Shown here: piece by piece, positions 19,297 through 30,447 of the stretch
How the letters are laid out: every line of letters starts with the position of its first letter
How positions within the stretch are numbered: position 1 is the stretch's first letter
Source of the DNA: Nostoc sp.
Lineage (GTDB): Bacteria; Cyanobacteriota; Cyanobacteriia; Cyanobacteriales; Nostocaceae
Reading direction: 5' to 3'
Assembly: GCF_036916975.1 (NCBI RefSeq)
Contig: NZ_JBALFF010000050.1
Location: 40,633-104,632, forward strand
DNA length: 64,000 bases
Made by a program: the position numbers and the translations under genes
The notes under the pieces: generated by a model
Told to the model about the DNA's origin: nothing
The model's database searches: none
The model's input: only the letters and a program-made list of their open reading frames with translations

Positions 19297-21300
19297 ATGA
19301 ACTCGTCACCACAACGGCGCAGTACCGCTCTAACTACCAGAACAGAGTTTTCGCCCTTTGGCAACAAGCTAGTGCAATCTGGCTATGTCAATACCGAACA
19401 GATGAGGCAGGCACTAATTGAAAGCCGCAAATCTGGCAGACCCTTAACCGAAGTACTAGAGTCAATCACTGGGCAACAACTATCACCTGAGTTGCTCAGG
19501 CAATATAAAAAACAACAGCTATTTGAACTAAAAATACTATACGGTGTTGAATTCCTCGATCCGGAAGTCAATTCTTTTGGCAACACGGAGATGGCGAACC
19601 TGATTGAAACCCTCATCCCAGTGGATATTTGTCGTCGCCACCGTTTAGTACCACTATCGAAACACGAAGACCAAACCCCGCCCTCAGTTTTAGTGGCGAT
19701 GGTCACTCCAGATAATCTAGAGGCTTCTGATGATCTAAATCGCATCTTGCGCCCCCAAGGCTTGGCGTTGCAGCGCATGGTGATTACACAAGAAGACTAC
19801 CAACAGCTAATCAACCAATATTTGGATGAAATGGCTGTTAAGCAAAAGCACCTAGAACGAGAAAACGCTACAGATATTAGTCAGGATTTAGAAAATCTCG
19901 GAAATCTCGATATTGAGGATGCTCCTGAAGAAATGGAGGCTGATCTAGGGGCAGCGATGAAGGGTGCAGAAGATGCCCCAGTTATCAACCTAGTCAATAG
20001 AATCCTGGCTAAAGCCTTGCATGAGGGCGTTTCTGACATTCATATCGAACCGCAAGAAGAAAATTTACGCATTCGCTTTCGGAAAGATGGCGTACTGCGT
20101 GAAGCTTTCCCCTCAATGCCGAAAAAAATCATCCCGGCGGTGACAGCCCGATTTAAAATCATCTCCAATCTAGACATTGCTGAACGCCGTCTACCCCAAG
20201 ATGGACGCATCCGGCGGCTGTTTGAGGGACGTAAGGTGGACTTTCGGGTGAATACCTTGCCTAGTCGCTACGGGGAAAAGGTGGTGCTGCGGATTTTGGA
20301 TAACTCCTCCACCCAATTGGGATTAGATAAGTTAATTACCGATCCAGAGACTTTGAATATTGTCAAGGATATGGTCAGCCGTCCTTTTGGTCTAATTTTG
20401 GTAACTGGGCCAACTGGTTCGGGGAAAACAACGTCGCTATATTCTGCATTATCAGAAAAAAATGATCCCGGAATTAATATCAGTACTGTAGAAGACCCCA
20501 TTGAGTATAGTCTTCCAGGGATTACTCAAGTACAAGTAATTCGAGAAAAAGGGCTGGATTTTGCTACCGCTCTACGGGCTTTCTTGCGACAAGATCCAGA
20601 TGTGCTGCTGGTGGGTGAAACGCGGGATAAGGAAACGGCAAAAACAGCAATTGAAGCTGCCTTAACCGGTCACTTGGTATTAACTACCTTACATACCAAT
20701 GATGCCCCAGGTGCGATCGCTCGTTTGGGAGAAATGGGGATTGAGCCTTTCATGGTTTCTAGTTCCCTAATTGGCGTTTTAGCTCAACGTTTGGTGCGGC
20801 GTGTATGTTCTGAATGTCGTATTGCCTACACTCCTACAACCGAAGAATTGGGTCGTTATGGTCTATCAGCTTCCTCAGATGTTGAAGTTACCTTCTATAA
20901 GGCTAACACCTTGACATTAGATGCGATCGCTGACGCCAAAACCAAAAATCAGCTTTGCTCAAAATGTAACGGGATCGGCTACAAAGGGCGTTGTGGTGTT
21001 TATGAAGTCATGCGAGTCACCGAAAACCTCCAAACTCTCATCAACGAAGATGCACCCACGGAACGCATCAAGGAAGTGGCAATAGAAGAGGGCATGAAAA
21101 CCTTGCTGGCTTACAGTTTGGACTTAGTGCGCCAAGGTTCCACCACTCTAGAAGAAGTAGAACGAGTGACCTTTACTGATACTGGTTTGGAAGCCGAGTT
21201 AAAAGCCAAACGCAAGACTGGTCTTACCTGCCGAACTTGCGATGCCACATTGAAACCAGAATGGCTCGATTGTCCTTATTGTATGACATCTCGGTTTTAA
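19297..21300 (+). CDS. pilB: Type IV pilus assembly ATPase PilB
   Basis: SDIHIEP, GPTGSGKT, LRQDPDV, TLHTN motifs; cyanobacterial C-terminal Cys cluster. Confidence 0.95.
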   Translation: MNSSPQRRSTALTTRTEFSPFGNKLVQSGYVNTEQMRQALIESRKSGRPLTEVLESITGQQLSPELLRQYKKQQLFELKILYGVEFLDPEVNSFGNTEMANLIETLIPVDICRRHRLVPLSKHEDQTPPSVLVAMVTPDNLEASDDLNRILRPQGLALQRMVITQEDYQQLINQYLDEMAVKQKHLERENATDISQDLENLGNLDIEDAPEEMEADLGAAMKGAEDAPVINLVNRILAKALHEGVSDIHIEPQEENLRIRFRKDGVLREAFPSMPKKIIPAVTARFKIISNLDIAERRLPQDGRIRRLFEGRKVDFRVNTLPSRYGEKVVLRILDNSSTQLGLDKLITDPETLNIVKDMVSRPFGLILVTGPTGSGKTTSLYSALSEKNDPGINISTVEDPIEYSLPGITQVQVIREKGLDFATALRAFLRQDPDVLLVGETRDKETAKTAIEAALTGHLVLTTLHTNDAPGAIARLGEMGIEPFMVSSSLIGVLAQRLVRRVCSECRIAYTPTTEELGRYGLSASSDVEVTFYKANTLTLDAIADAKTKNQLCSKCNGIGYKGRCGVYEVMRVTENLQTLINEDAPTERIKEVAIEEGMKTLLAYSLDLVRQGSTTLEEVERVTFTDTGLEAELKAKRKTGLTCRTCDATLKPEWLDCPYCMTSRF

Positions 21301-21408
21301 GGCTAATAGTCATTGGTCATTAGTCATTGGTCGATGGTTAGTAACTTTAAACAAATGACAAAGGACAAATGACAAAGGACAAATAAAACATTAAAAGGAA
21401 GCAGAACT

Positions 21409-22536
21409 ATGGAAATGATGATTGAAGACCTGATGGAGCAGTTGATTGAATTGGGTGGCTCCGATATGCATTTATCCGCAGGTTTACCTCCCTACTTCCG
21501 CATCAGTGGCAAACTTACCCCCATAGGTGAGCATGTATTGACAGCCGATCAATGTCAAAGGCTGATTTTTAGTATGCTCAACAACACCCAGCGTAAAACC
21601 TTAGAGCAGAACTGGGAATTGGATTGTTCTTATGGTGTTAAGGGTTTGGCTCGCTTTCGGGTCAATGTCTATAAAGAACGTGGTTCTTATGCTGCTTGCT
21701 TACGGGCATTAAGTTCTAAGATTCCTAACTTTGAAAAATTAGGTTTGCCAGATATCGTGCGGGAAATGACAGATAAGCCCAGAGGGCTAATTCTGGTGAC
21801 AGGCCCTACAGGTTCGGGCAAGACTACTACCCTAGCGGCAATGATTGATTTGATTAACCGCACCAAGGCAGAGCATATTTTAACGGTGGAAGATCCAATT
21901 GAATTTGTCTACGAACCAATTAAAAGCTTGGTTCACCAACGACAACTGGGTGAAGATACTAAGAGTTTTGCTAATGCTTTGAAAGCAGCTTTGCGGGAAG
22001 ATCCAGATATTGTTCTGGTGGGGGAAATGCGCGATTTGGAAACGATTTCTTTGGCGATTTCGGCAGCAGAAACAGGACACTTGGTATTTGGTACTCTCCA
22101 CACTAGTTCTGCTGCACAGACAGTTGACCGGATTATCGACGTTTTCCCCCATGAAAGACAAACCCAGGTGCGGGTGCAATTATCTAACTCATTAGTAGCG
22201 GTATTTAGTCAGACTTTGGTATCCAAGAAAAACCCTAAACCCGGTGAATATGGTCGGGTGATGGCTCAAGAAATTCTGATTGTTACTCCTGCTATTTCCA
22301 ACTTGATTAGAGAAGGCAAAACATCTCAAATTTACTCGGCTATTCAAACTGGCGGCAAATTGGGAATGCAAACTCTGGAGAAAGTTTTAGCCGATTTTTA
22401 CAAAGCAGGAACCATTTCTTTTGAAGCGGCGATGTCTAAAACTTCTAAGCCAGATGAAATCCAACGTCTCATCGGTACTTCTGTACCACCGCAGGCAGCA
22501 GGTGCGAAACCTGGTGCGGCTGCTAAAGCGCATTAA
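21409..22536 (+). CDS. pilT: Type IV pilus retraction ATPase PilT
   Basis: GPTGSGKTTT, LREDPDI, AETGHLVFGTLHT, AIRNLIRE-like AISNLIRE, GMQT. Confidence 0.96.
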   Translation: MEMMIEDLMEQLIELGGSDMHLSAGLPPYFRISGKLTPIGEHVLTADQCQRLIFSMLNNTQRKTLEQNWELDCSYGVKGLARFRVNVYKERGSYAACLRALSSKIPNFEKLGLPDIVREMTDKPRGLILVTGPTGSGKTTTLAAMIDLINRTKAEHILTVEDPIEFVYEPIKSLVHQRQLGEDTKSFANALKAALREDPDIVLVGEMRDLETISLAISAAETGHLVFGTLHTSSAAQTVDRIIDVFPHERQTQVRVQLSNSLVAVFSQTLVSKKNPKPGEYGRVMAQEILIVTPAISNLIREGKTSQIYSAIQTGGKLGMQTLEKVLADFYKAGTISFEAAMSKTSKPDEIQRLIGTSVPPQAAGAKPGAAAKAH

Positions 22537-22736
22537 AGGAATTGGGGGGATGAGGGAGATGAGGGAGCAGGGGAAGAAGCAAGGGAGCAGGGGAGAAGAA
22601 TTTTCCCCTCTGCCTCTTACCAATGCCCACTTGCCCTGAGCGGAGCCGTACCCCTCCGGGGATCTTGCTACGCGTAGCGTCTCCAAGAGTTCGGATGCCT
22701 AATACCCAATAAATAACAACTATTTTGAATTGATTT

Positions 22737-23960
22737 ATGCCAACCTACGTTGCCCGTGTTCGGGATTCTCAAGGAAAATCCCGAACAGAAAAAATTACTG
22801 CTAAATCCTTGGTGCAAGCTCGTACTAATCTTAGAGAGCAAGGTTTTGTAGTCCAAGAACTCAAACAATTTCAAGGATTTCTGCCAAGTTTTGACATAAA
22901 AAAAATCCAGAATTCCTTTGTTAAGGTTTCTGTGAAAGACAAAGCCGTTTTTTCTCGTCAATTTGCCGTTTTGATGAATGCGGGAGTTGCGATCGTTAGA
23001 AGTCTGGGGGTACTTTCTGAGCAGTGTAGTAATACTAAACTCAAACAAGCCCTAATTGAGATTAGCAACGATGTGCAAAGCGGAATGAATCTTTCAGAGT
23101 CAATGCGGAAGCATCCTGACTGCTTTGATGGATTATATGTGAGTATGATTCAAGCTGGCGAAGTTGGTGGTGTTCTAGACGAAGTATTGAATCGTTTAGC
23201 CAAGTTGTTAGAAGATGTTGCCCGCTTACAAAACCAAATTAAATCAGCATTGTCTTATCCAAGTGTTGTAGGTTTTATCGCACTTGCGATCTTTCTGGGT
23301 ATGACCATTTTTCTGATTCCAGTTTTTGCAAAGATTTTTACAGAAATCGGAACTACATTACCACCTCTCACGCAATTTTTGATGGATGCTAGTCTATTTT
23401 TGAGAAGTCCGAAGGTTTTCATACTTATCGCTTTTCTTGTAGGAGCGAAAATTGCTTATTCACAATACAGTAAAACTCCTATCGGTCGCTTAACAATTGA
23501 TCGTCTTTCCCTGAAGTTGCCATTGTTTGGTGATTTAATTCAAAAATCTGCGGTTGCCCGTTTCAGCCGGACTTTTGGTTCTTTGACTCGTTCAGGTGTA
23601 CCAATTTTAACTTGCTTAGAAATTGTCCGAGATACATCAGGAAACGTAGTAATTGCCAATGCCATAGACGCAGCCCGCATAGAGATTCAACAAGGAGGTA
23701 TGATTAGCCTTGCTTTACAAAAAGATAGCGTTTTTCCAGCTATGGCAATTCAGATGATTAGTATTGGAGAAGAAACTGGAGAATTAGATGGAATGTTGAT
23801 GAAAGTTGCCGATTTCTATGAAGATGAAGTCGAGCAAGCAGTAAAAGGAATGACCAGTATTTTGGAACCAGTTATGATTGTATTTGTAGGGGGAATGGTT
23901 GGAACCATTTTGCTAGCAATGTATTTACCGATGTTTAAGGTATTTGAAAAGATGGGATAG
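22737..23960 (+). CDS. pilC: Type IV pilus platform protein PilC (T2SS F family)
   Basis: Two GspF repeats (AGEVGG; IGEETGELD), position after pilB-pilT. Confidence 0.95.
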   Translation: MPTYVARVRDSQGKSRTEKITAKSLVQARTNLREQGFVVQELKQFQGFLPSFDIKKIQNSFVKVSVKDKAVFSRQFAVLMNAGVAIVRSLGVLSEQCSNTKLKQALIEISNDVQSGMNLSESMRKHPDCFDGLYVSMIQAGEVGGVLDEVLNRLAKLLEDVARLQNQIKSALSYPSVVGFIALAIFLGMTIFLIPVFAKIFTEIGTTLPPLTQFLMDASLFLRSPKVFILIAFLVGAKIAYSQYSKTPIGRLTIDRLSLKLPLFGDLIQKSAVARFSRTFGSLTRSGVPILTCLEIVRDTSGNVVIANAIDAARIEIQQGGMISLALQKDSVFPAMAIQMISIGEETGELDGMLMKVADFYEDEVEQAVKGMTSILEPVMIVFVGGMVGTILLAMYLPMFKVFEKMG

Positions 23961-24246
23961 AGAATTAAAATAATTCGTAATTCGTAATTCGTAATAGAGC
24001 CTCCGGCACGCTGCGCGGTTTTCATGGGCTAAAGGGCTGTACGTCAATTTTGTTTTGTAATGGGCATTTAACCCCAATCGCATTACTTCCCGGTTTTAGA
24101 ACCGGGGGACTTAAACCTACGGAACTAGTTAAAAGTTAAGAGTTAAGAGTTATAAGTTACGAGTTAGGAATTAAAACTTTTAACTCCTAACTCCTAACTC
24201 CTAACTCCTAACTACTAACTCTTAACTTATCACTATTTAATAAAGT

Positions 24247-24807
24247 ATGATTGTGCAAAAATCTCACTACGAAGCGAGTTTGGCAGAGTACAGCAATCAT
24301 CTAGCTGCGATCGCCTTACTAAAGCAATATCGGCCATACTTGGAGATGATTCCTAGTTTGCGCCGTCCAGATGAAAGTGTCATCACTATCCCCTTACCAA
24401 TTGTCCGTCTTCGCAATACTGCTACAACAGTCTCACAAACGATTTGCTTACCTTGTGATGTGGCAATTTTGATGTGCGATCCTGAGTGGAAAATCAAAAC
24501 TGGAGCAGAAATTTTAGTCTTTATTCATCGTCCTGATGAAGACTTTTCTGATTTGTTAGGACGTTGGCGACAAACTCAAGTTTGGCTAGACAATGATTAT
24601 GAGTGGTTAATGCCTCTCCGTTACAGTCATATTTTGAGTGAAGGAGCTAATACTATATATCCTCTATTTGTCGTTTTTAGTGAGACTTTAGAACGCATCC
24701 AAAGAGGACTCATAGGAGCCGAACTCCCATTTATTCTACAAACAGCAGATTGGCTGCTTGAGGAGAATTTCACAGATATTTTTTCTCCAGAAACTCCACC
24801 AGCTTAG
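24247..24807 (+). CDS. Conserved cyanobacterial hypothetical protein
   Basis: LLKQYRPYLEMIPSLRRP..S.ITIPLP pattern; long clean ORF. Confidence 0.75.
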   Translation: MIVQKSHYEASLAEYSNHLAAIALLKQYRPYLEMIPSLRRPDESVITIPLPIVRLRNTATTVSQTICLPCDVAILMCDPEWKIKTGAEILVFIHRPDEDFSDLLGRWRQTQVWLDNDYEWLMPLRYSHILSEGANTIYPLFVVFSETLERIQRGLIGAELPFILQTADWLLEENFTDIFSPETPPA

Positions 24808-24900
24808 AAAAAGTTAGAAGTTAACACTGAAGATTTTTAATTTATAAATCGCAAATTTGGTGCATATTCAAAAGCTCTAAATTTGTGATTTTATATTTTT

Positions 24901-25016
24901 AACTCCTAACTCCTAACTCCCAACTCCTAACTCCCAACTCCTAACTCCCAACTCCTAACTCCCAACTCCTAACTCCCAACTCCCAACTCCTAACTCCCAA
25001 CTCCCAACTCCTAACT
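24901..25016. repeat. STRR heptamer tract (AACTCCT/AACTCCC), about 16 units
   Basis: Read directly; lies between convergent genes. Confidence 0.92.
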
Positions 25017-25017
25017 A

Positions 25018-26046
25018 TTACCTAACAAATTGGGGCATAATTTCGGCAGCAGTGAATATTCCATAAATGCCGCGTTGGTGCAATTGTCTACCAGCTTTGA
25101 GATAGCCAAAGGCAGGGCCGCATACATTAGCTGCCATGCTGGTTTCATCTCCTAGAGTAAAGGTATGGGTGGAAATCTTACCTTCAAAGGTGCGCCCTGT
25201 TACCTTAACGTTGGTGCTGATGGGCTTTTTAGAATTACGAGTATCGACTACACCACCAACAGTAACGCGATCGCGCCCCACTATTCCCGCTACCTCTAGC
25301 ATCACATCATCAGCGTGTTCCATATTTGTCAAGGTAAGCACACCATTAGTTTTATCTAGTAGTGCTTCTACTTCTGCGTCAGTCATTGCCCTAGCGGTTT
25401 CCACTGTGTAACCAGGGATATGGCCAATGTCTTCCCTAACGGTGGCACGGTAAGCTTCCCAGTTGGCAATTCCCACTCCGAAGGTGATTTCGACTTGATG
25501 AATTTCGGCGTAGCTTTGGGCGGCTAATGCGGCTGCGGCGGTTAACAATCCGGGTGTAGCACCACAGCCTGTCATGTAGGTAATTCCGGCTGCAAGTAGT
25601 TCTTCTTTCATCGCCAGTAGTTGTTCTACAGCAGTGGTGCGCTTAATCGCATCCACTAGCACGCCACGCCAACCAGATTTAATAAACTCTTTGGCTACAG
25701 AGGGAATAAAATCATTTGGTAGGTTGGGTAAAGCCAGAAAATACCCATCGACCGATTGAGCTATTTCGATTAAATCCTGAATACTTTGATTTGTTAACGT
25801 ACCGACTGGCTCTAAATGACCTACCGAACCTTGGGACTGGTAGGTTGCAATGCATTGTTGAGTATTTAAACCTTCAGCAGCGTAAGCGTAACCTTTTTGA
25901 TCTGCTGCGGCGACTAAAATCATTTCCTGTTTAGCAGCAAGTAGCTTGGCGGCGGCTTGTCCGAGTCCACCAAAACCTAGTACTCCTATGCGGATGGCTG
26001 GCGAAATATTTAGAGAATTTTTGACTTTTTCGGAATTCATAGTCAA
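25018..26046 (-). CDS. bioU: BioU, cyanobacterial biotin-pathway enzyme (dehydrogenase fold) replacing BioA
   Basis: Rossmann [64 protein letters not shown]. Confidence 0.8.
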   Translation of the reverse strand: MTMNSEKVKNSLNISPAIRIGVLGFGGLGQAAAKLLAAKQEMILVAAADQKGYAYAAEGLNTQQCIATYQSQGSVGHLEPVGTLTNQSIQDLIEIAQSVDGYFLALPNLPNDFIPSVAKEFIKSGWRGVLVDAIKRTTAVEQLLAMKEELLAAGITYMTGCGATPGLLTAAAALAAQSYAEIHQVEITFGVGIANWEAYRATVREDIGHIPGYTVETARAMTDAEVEALLDKTNGVLTLTNMEHADDVMLEVAGIVGRDRVTVGGVVDTRNSKKPISTNVKVTGRTFEGKISTHTFTLGDETSMAANVCGPAFGYLKAGRQLHQRGIYGIFTAAEIMPQFVR

Positions 26047-26617
26047 TTGGGTTAAGTTGAATCAAAAGCCTTTAGCATTCGGCATCTCAGCTTCCGGCTT
26101 ATAACTGGCGGCTGATGGCTGATAGCTCAAAGCTATAAAGGTTAATTATGATTCATTATCCTGGGTTCTTTGGCTGACTGATGTTTTTTTTATGTAAGCT
26201 ACCTCTACAGTATCAAAAATACTTTCCCAGTCTTAGCCGTGAGCAAGCGATTCCTTCGGAGAGCTTCGCTAACCCAGCACTGGAATTAGCATTGATCCAA
26301 GAAAACCCAAAATTTGCTGATATTTAAAGGTTAAAGCTTTTTTATATTCTGGCGATCGCAGTCTAAAAATCCCTTTACTGACAACAGCAACATCAAGCTA
26401 AGTTGTCTATTTCTCGGCAGTCATCACCACAACCGCGCCGAGGTTTGAGAAGGTGTATTATGTGCAACCTGAGTTCCCCTTAAATCAATGGGGACAAATG
26501 ATCTGTCAAACTAATCAAACACAGGCGGTTAAACTATATCGAAAAGCATTGCTTTCATCAAAATGGTTAACCGTTTACTGATGACTGTTAACTGATAACT
26601 GTCAACCACCAAGTATT

Positions 26618-27322
26618 ATGTATAATTACAATCCCTTAGACTGCCTACCTTCATCGGCGGAATTACCAGATTCTGATGATACCCCTGTGGATAACGAACT
26701 ACAAATATTAATTCCTAATTTATTGTTAGCCATCTTAGCCTCGATTTGGCAAACCCGTGATGACTGGTTTTTCGGTATTAATATGGGAATTTACTATACA
26801 CCATTACAACCAGCTATAGTCCCCGATGGGTTTTTGAGTTTAGGTGTTGAACGTTTTGTTGGAGAAAACGGACGTTCTAGTTACGTTTTCTGGGAAGAAG
26901 AAGGGATTACGCCCATTTTAGCTTTAGAAGTGGTTTCTCAAACCTACAATGGCGAATATGAACAAAAGAAAATAGACTATGCCCAATTAGGCATTTTATA
27001 TTACGTCATTTATGCACCAACGCGGCTACGTCGTAAGCGTCAACGTTTAGAAGTTTATCGCTTAGTTGAAGGTAAGTATCTTTTAGAACTCGGCGATAAA
27101 ATTTGGATGCCGGAAATTGGTTTAGGTATAGGACGAGAACAGGGTACTTATCAAGGAAGAACACGAGAATGGCTGTTTTGGTATGACCAAAATGGTGACA
27201 GATACCAAACTCCAGAAGAGGTAAACGCACAACAGCAACAACAGCTAGAACAAACTCAGCAGCAGCTTCAAGAACTTTTAGCCAGATTACAACAACAAGG
27301 AATTGACCCAACTTTACTATGA
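26618..27322 (+). CDS. Uma2 family endonuclease-fold protein
   Basis: ELPDSDDTPVDNELQ, IVPDGFLSLG, LALEVVS motifs. Confidence 0.92.
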   Translation: MYNYNPLDCLPSSAELPDSDDTPVDNELQILIPNLLLAILASIWQTRDDWFFGINMGIYYTPLQPAIVPDGFLSLGVERFVGENGRSSYVFWEEEGITPILALEVVSQTYNGEYEQKKIDYAQLGILYYVIYAPTRLRRKRQRLEVYRLVEGKYLLELGDKIWMPEIGLGIGREQGTYQGRTREWLFWYDQNGDRYQTPEEVNAQQQQQLEQTQQQLQELLARLQQQGIDPTLL

Positions 27323-27332
27323 ACTACCCCGC

Positions 27333-27443
27333 AAGCAACGCGAAAAAGTTAGATCATCGTGAAATGAGCTTTCTTGAGCTTTCTTGAGCAGGGGGGTAAA
27401 GAAAAAATAGTAATTGCTACTACAAATCGTCCATAATACACTT
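27333..27443 (+). repeat. About 110-bp dispersed element, copy A
   Basis: AAGCAACGCGAAAAAGT...CCATAATACACTT; matches 34601-34707 in reverse orientation. Confidence 0.8.
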
Positions 27444-28097
27444 AATTTATTTCTCTTCCCCTGCCTCAAGAGCCTTCGCGGCCTCCCCATCTCACTGTTA
27501 GAGCATTGCTCCCAACTACCGCTGGCTCAAACTTTCGCACAGCCAGAAGTAGTTTATTATCTGACTTTTATACCTGCACAAGTCAGATAAAACCTATTAC
27601 CTTCTAAGTTTTGTTGACTGTGATTGGGTGTTAGTGTGCTTTAAATAATCAGAAACTATCTCTCCTACTTCCTCTTGCTTCTGCGTATACCCACCATATT
27701 GCTGTACGCTGACACCGCGCTGCATCCAACCTACCTGGAAAACCTTAAGAGAATAAGCTAAATCTCAAGGTAATGATAAATTTTTTCAATAAAATTTATA
27801 TTTTTGTAAATTGCCTTGCTGGCTATATTACCTCTAATGCTTATATTTAGGACTTTTGCCGCTTACTTGGCAAGCTCAGTAGTTACCTTGACTAATCGAT
27901 GAGGTTAAGAGAAACTAACTAAAGACTGATGTACCTGCTTACAAAATTAATAATTTTTGTAAGGATTTTGAGATATATATGTTGAGAGATGGAACATTAT
28001 TTAACAAATGGTAAGTTTATATCTAAGTAAAAATGTTCCTACGGCTATATTTGTAGCCTTCTGCTAAAGCAGTAGAATTTAAGCGTACTTATCGTGG

Positions 28098-28319
28098 TTG
28101 GCCAAGAACATGGAGACATTAGAGTTCATAATCTATCCAGACGGTCGGGTACAAGAAAAAGTCACTGGCATTGTGGGTACTTCTTGCGCTGAAGTTACAG
28201 CAGCAATAGAGGCACAGCTGGGGCAAGTACTTGATCATGAGCCAACCTCAGAATATTTCGCCGCCAAGGTGCAGCAATCTAATGTGGCGAATACACACAC
28301 CACTTACAGCGATTGGTAA
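28098..28319 (+). CDS. DUF2997 family protein
   Basis: LEFIIYPDGRVQEKVTGIVG.SC...T..IEA.LG motif. Confidence 0.85.
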   Translation: MAKNMETLEFIIYPDGRVQEKVTGIVGTSCAEVTAAIEAQLGQVLDHEPTSEYFAAKVQQSNVANTHTTYSDW

Positions 28320-28358
28320 GTTTTCACAGTAGTTTAGTGTAATTAATTCACAACCACC

Positions 28359-28745
28359 ATGTCACACTTTAGCCAAATTAAGACTCAAATCCGTAACCTT
28401 GATTCTTTGAAAGATGCTCTGACTGAATTGGGCGTAGACTGGAAACCTGGCCCACGCGAAGTCCGTGGCTATCGCGGTCAAACCCATCCTGCGGAAGTTA
28501 GTATTGAGCAGGAAAATGGCTATGACATCGGTTTTAGATGGAATGGCAAAGAATATGAACTGGTGGCTGATTTGCAATATTGGCAGCAAAACCTATCTGT
28601 GGATGGATTTTTACGCCAGGTAACACAGCGTTATGCTTATCAAACAGTTGTGAAAGAAACCGCGCGTGTTGGTTTTGAAGTCTCTGAACAACAAAAAAAT
28701 GAAGATGGTTCAATTCGCCTGGTAGTACAGCGCTGGAGTGCGTAA
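28359..28745 (+). CDS. DUF1257 (Ycf35-like) protein
   Basis: MSHFSQIKTQIR, DIGFRWNG, QRYAY motifs. Confidence 0.9.
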   Translation: MSHFSQIKTQIRNLDSLKDALTELGVDWKPGPREVRGYRGQTHPAEVSIEQENGYDIGFRWNGKEYELVADLQYWQQNLSVDGFLRQVTQRYAYQTVVKETARVGFEVSEQQKNEDGSIRLVVQRWSA

Positions 28746-29203
28746 TGGCTGATTTTCTGCCGTCGCTGGAAGAACAAGAAGATCGTTCGCGTTTGGAACC
28801 AGAATTAGGGGGTTTTTTACGGGATGCCCCAGAACGTTCTGGTTTAGAACCGGAATTGGGTGGTTTGCTGCGCCAAAATGGTGTTTACGTTGACGAAATC
28901 ACCTGTATTGGTTGCAAGCATTGCGCTCATGTTGCACGTAACACCTTTTACATTGAACCAGATTACGGGCGATCGCGCGTGGTTCGGCAAGATGGGGACT
29001 CTGAGGAAATTATTCAAGAAGCAATTGACACTTGTCCGGTTGATTGCATTGATTGGGTTGATTACACTGAACTGAAAAAATTAGAACAAGAACGCAAATA
29101 TCAGGTAATTCCTGTAGTGGGTTATCCGGTGGAACACGCAGTTGCTGCTAGCGAACGTCGGCGTAAAAAGCAAAAATTAAAAACCAAAAAATCCCGTTAT
29201 TAA
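28745..29203 (+). CDS. Ferredoxin-like protein (Fer4_13 type)
   Basis: CIGCKHC ... AIDTCPVDCI; usual partner of DUF2997/DUF1257. Confidence 0.9.
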   Translation: MADFLPSLEEQEDRSRLEPELGGFLRDAPERSGLEPELGGLLRQNGVYVDEITCIGCKHCAHVARNTFYIEPDYGRSRVVRQDGDSEEIIQEAIDTCPVDCIDWVDYTELKKLEQERKYQVIPVVGYPVEHAVAASERRRKKQKLKTKKSRY

Positions 29204-29230
29204 GATAAAAACGTTAAATCAAGATAATAA

Positions 29231-29255
29231 AGGACTGGTATATCCAGTCCTTTTG
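29231..29255. terminator. Probable bidirectional terminator
   Basis: AGGACTGG-tatat-CCAGTCCT with A/T-rich flanks between convergent genes. Confidence 0.7.
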
Positions 29256-29480
29256 CTTTTTGCCATACTAAACCTTATCTAAGTTGAGAACCGTAGTTTT
29301 CACCCTCTCCCTCTATATCTGGGTTTTCTCTATCCATCTGTCGCAATCATTTTTCAAATTGGTATAAATCACATCAAATGGTAAAAATTAGTATTGTTTG
29401 ATATTCCTAAAAGGGATTTTTGTTTAAGTCCCATTAATCCAAAATCGGCAATCCAAAATCCAAAATTGTTATGCCTACCT

Positions 29481-29765
29481 TCATTTTAAATTTAGAGGGT
29501 CGTGTTGTGAAAGCAATTTTTCTACTTTTGCCTCGTCTAACCTAGCGGTTAATCTTCTAGTTTCATGCAAATCTCTAGTAGTTTTCGCTAAAGTAAAAGT
29601 TGAGCCAACAGAGAAAGCCAAACCCATACCCATAAAGCCTTTTACCCAGCTATTTACAGGTAAGTTTACAATACCGAAGGTGGTCATAGAAATAGAAATT
29701 ACAAAAGCTGCCCAAGTTTGAATAACCCAAGCTGAACTGTCTTTTTGAGTACCAATTGTTTGCAT
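29481..29765 (-). CDS. YiaA/YiaB family inner membrane protein
   Basis: Two TM helices, W..Q.W..F, FTLAKT.RD motifs. Confidence 0.85.
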   Translation of the reverse strand: MQTIGTQKDSSAWVIQTWAAFVISISMTTFGIVNLPVNSWVKGFMGMGLAFSVGSTFTLAKTTRDLHETRRLTARLDEAKVEKLLSQHDPLNLK

Positions 29766-29836
29766 ATTTCCTTCCTTTGATATGAGTCATTTATACCAAT
29801 TCATAATTCACAATTCGTAATTAATAAAATTCAGAT

Positions 29837-30052
29837 TTAATCTGGATTACCAGACTTGTATCTATAGTTTGATTTTGAAGAATTGGTGTTAACAGTGATT
29901 GTATAGATTGGTAGGTTTACTGGTATTAATAGTAAGACCAGTTTGGTAACTGGACTCCAAAAAACAAGTTTAAGAGCAATTGGAGTAAGTACAAACTGGC
30001 ACAAGGTTTGTACCAGTTTTACAAGTGGCATTAAACTGAAATCTTGCACCAT
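29837..30052 (-). CDS. Possible small hydrophobic protein (71 aa)
   Basis: ATG ORF with threefold P-x(2-3)-KLV motif; coding status uncertain. Confidence 0.35.
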   Translation of the reverse strand: MVQDFSLMPLVKLVQTLCQFVLTPIALKLVFWSPVTKLVLLLIPVNLPIYTITVNTNSSKSNYRYKSGNPD

Positions 30053-30447
30053 TCTCGATAAACTAACTAGTAGTCTGTCAAGTTGAAATATACCATTTTA
30101 AATGGCGTAAGCAGCTTGGAATACAATTATGCGTGAATGCGTGCCTTGCGTTACTAGTCCGCCTCAGACTTAAGTCTAAGGCTAATAGCCCAAGTCCACT
30201 CAAGTGGACTAAAACCGTCTATTAAGTAAGTGGGGACAAATAATCATCACTGGTTCGTAGTTGCGCTTTAGCCCTAAAGCGCAACTACGAGCTAAATACA
30301 GAGATTTTACTTTTCGTTACATAGTTTGGTTTTATCTTGCCTACCTACTTAGTTGTCTTTAGACGATTTTAGCCATTAGCCTAGTAATTCATTACTAGGC
30401 GCTTGTTATGACTAGTGCAATATCTCAGCTTAAACGGACTAATTTAC

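Noticed and set aside
17948-19297. CIRCE/HrcA operator or CRP site near grpE-dnaK and pilB
   Set aside because: I found no TTAGCACTC-N9-GAGTGCTAA or TGTGA-N6-TCACA by eye.
26402-26581. Open frame VVYFSAVITTTAPRFEKVYYVQPEF... downstream of a HIP1 site
   Set aside because: It has no start codon and no family I can recognise; possibly a remnant, but unsupported.
27597-27725. 42-aa minus-strand ORF MQRGVSVQQYGGY...
   Set aside because: It is short, has no clear RBS and no recognised homology.
29950-30065. Cys/Thr/Ser-rich frame (FQFNATCKTGTNLVPVCTYSNCS) resembling a RiPP core
   Set aside because: An in-frame stop lies just upstream, there is no leader or start, and no modifying enzymes are nearby.
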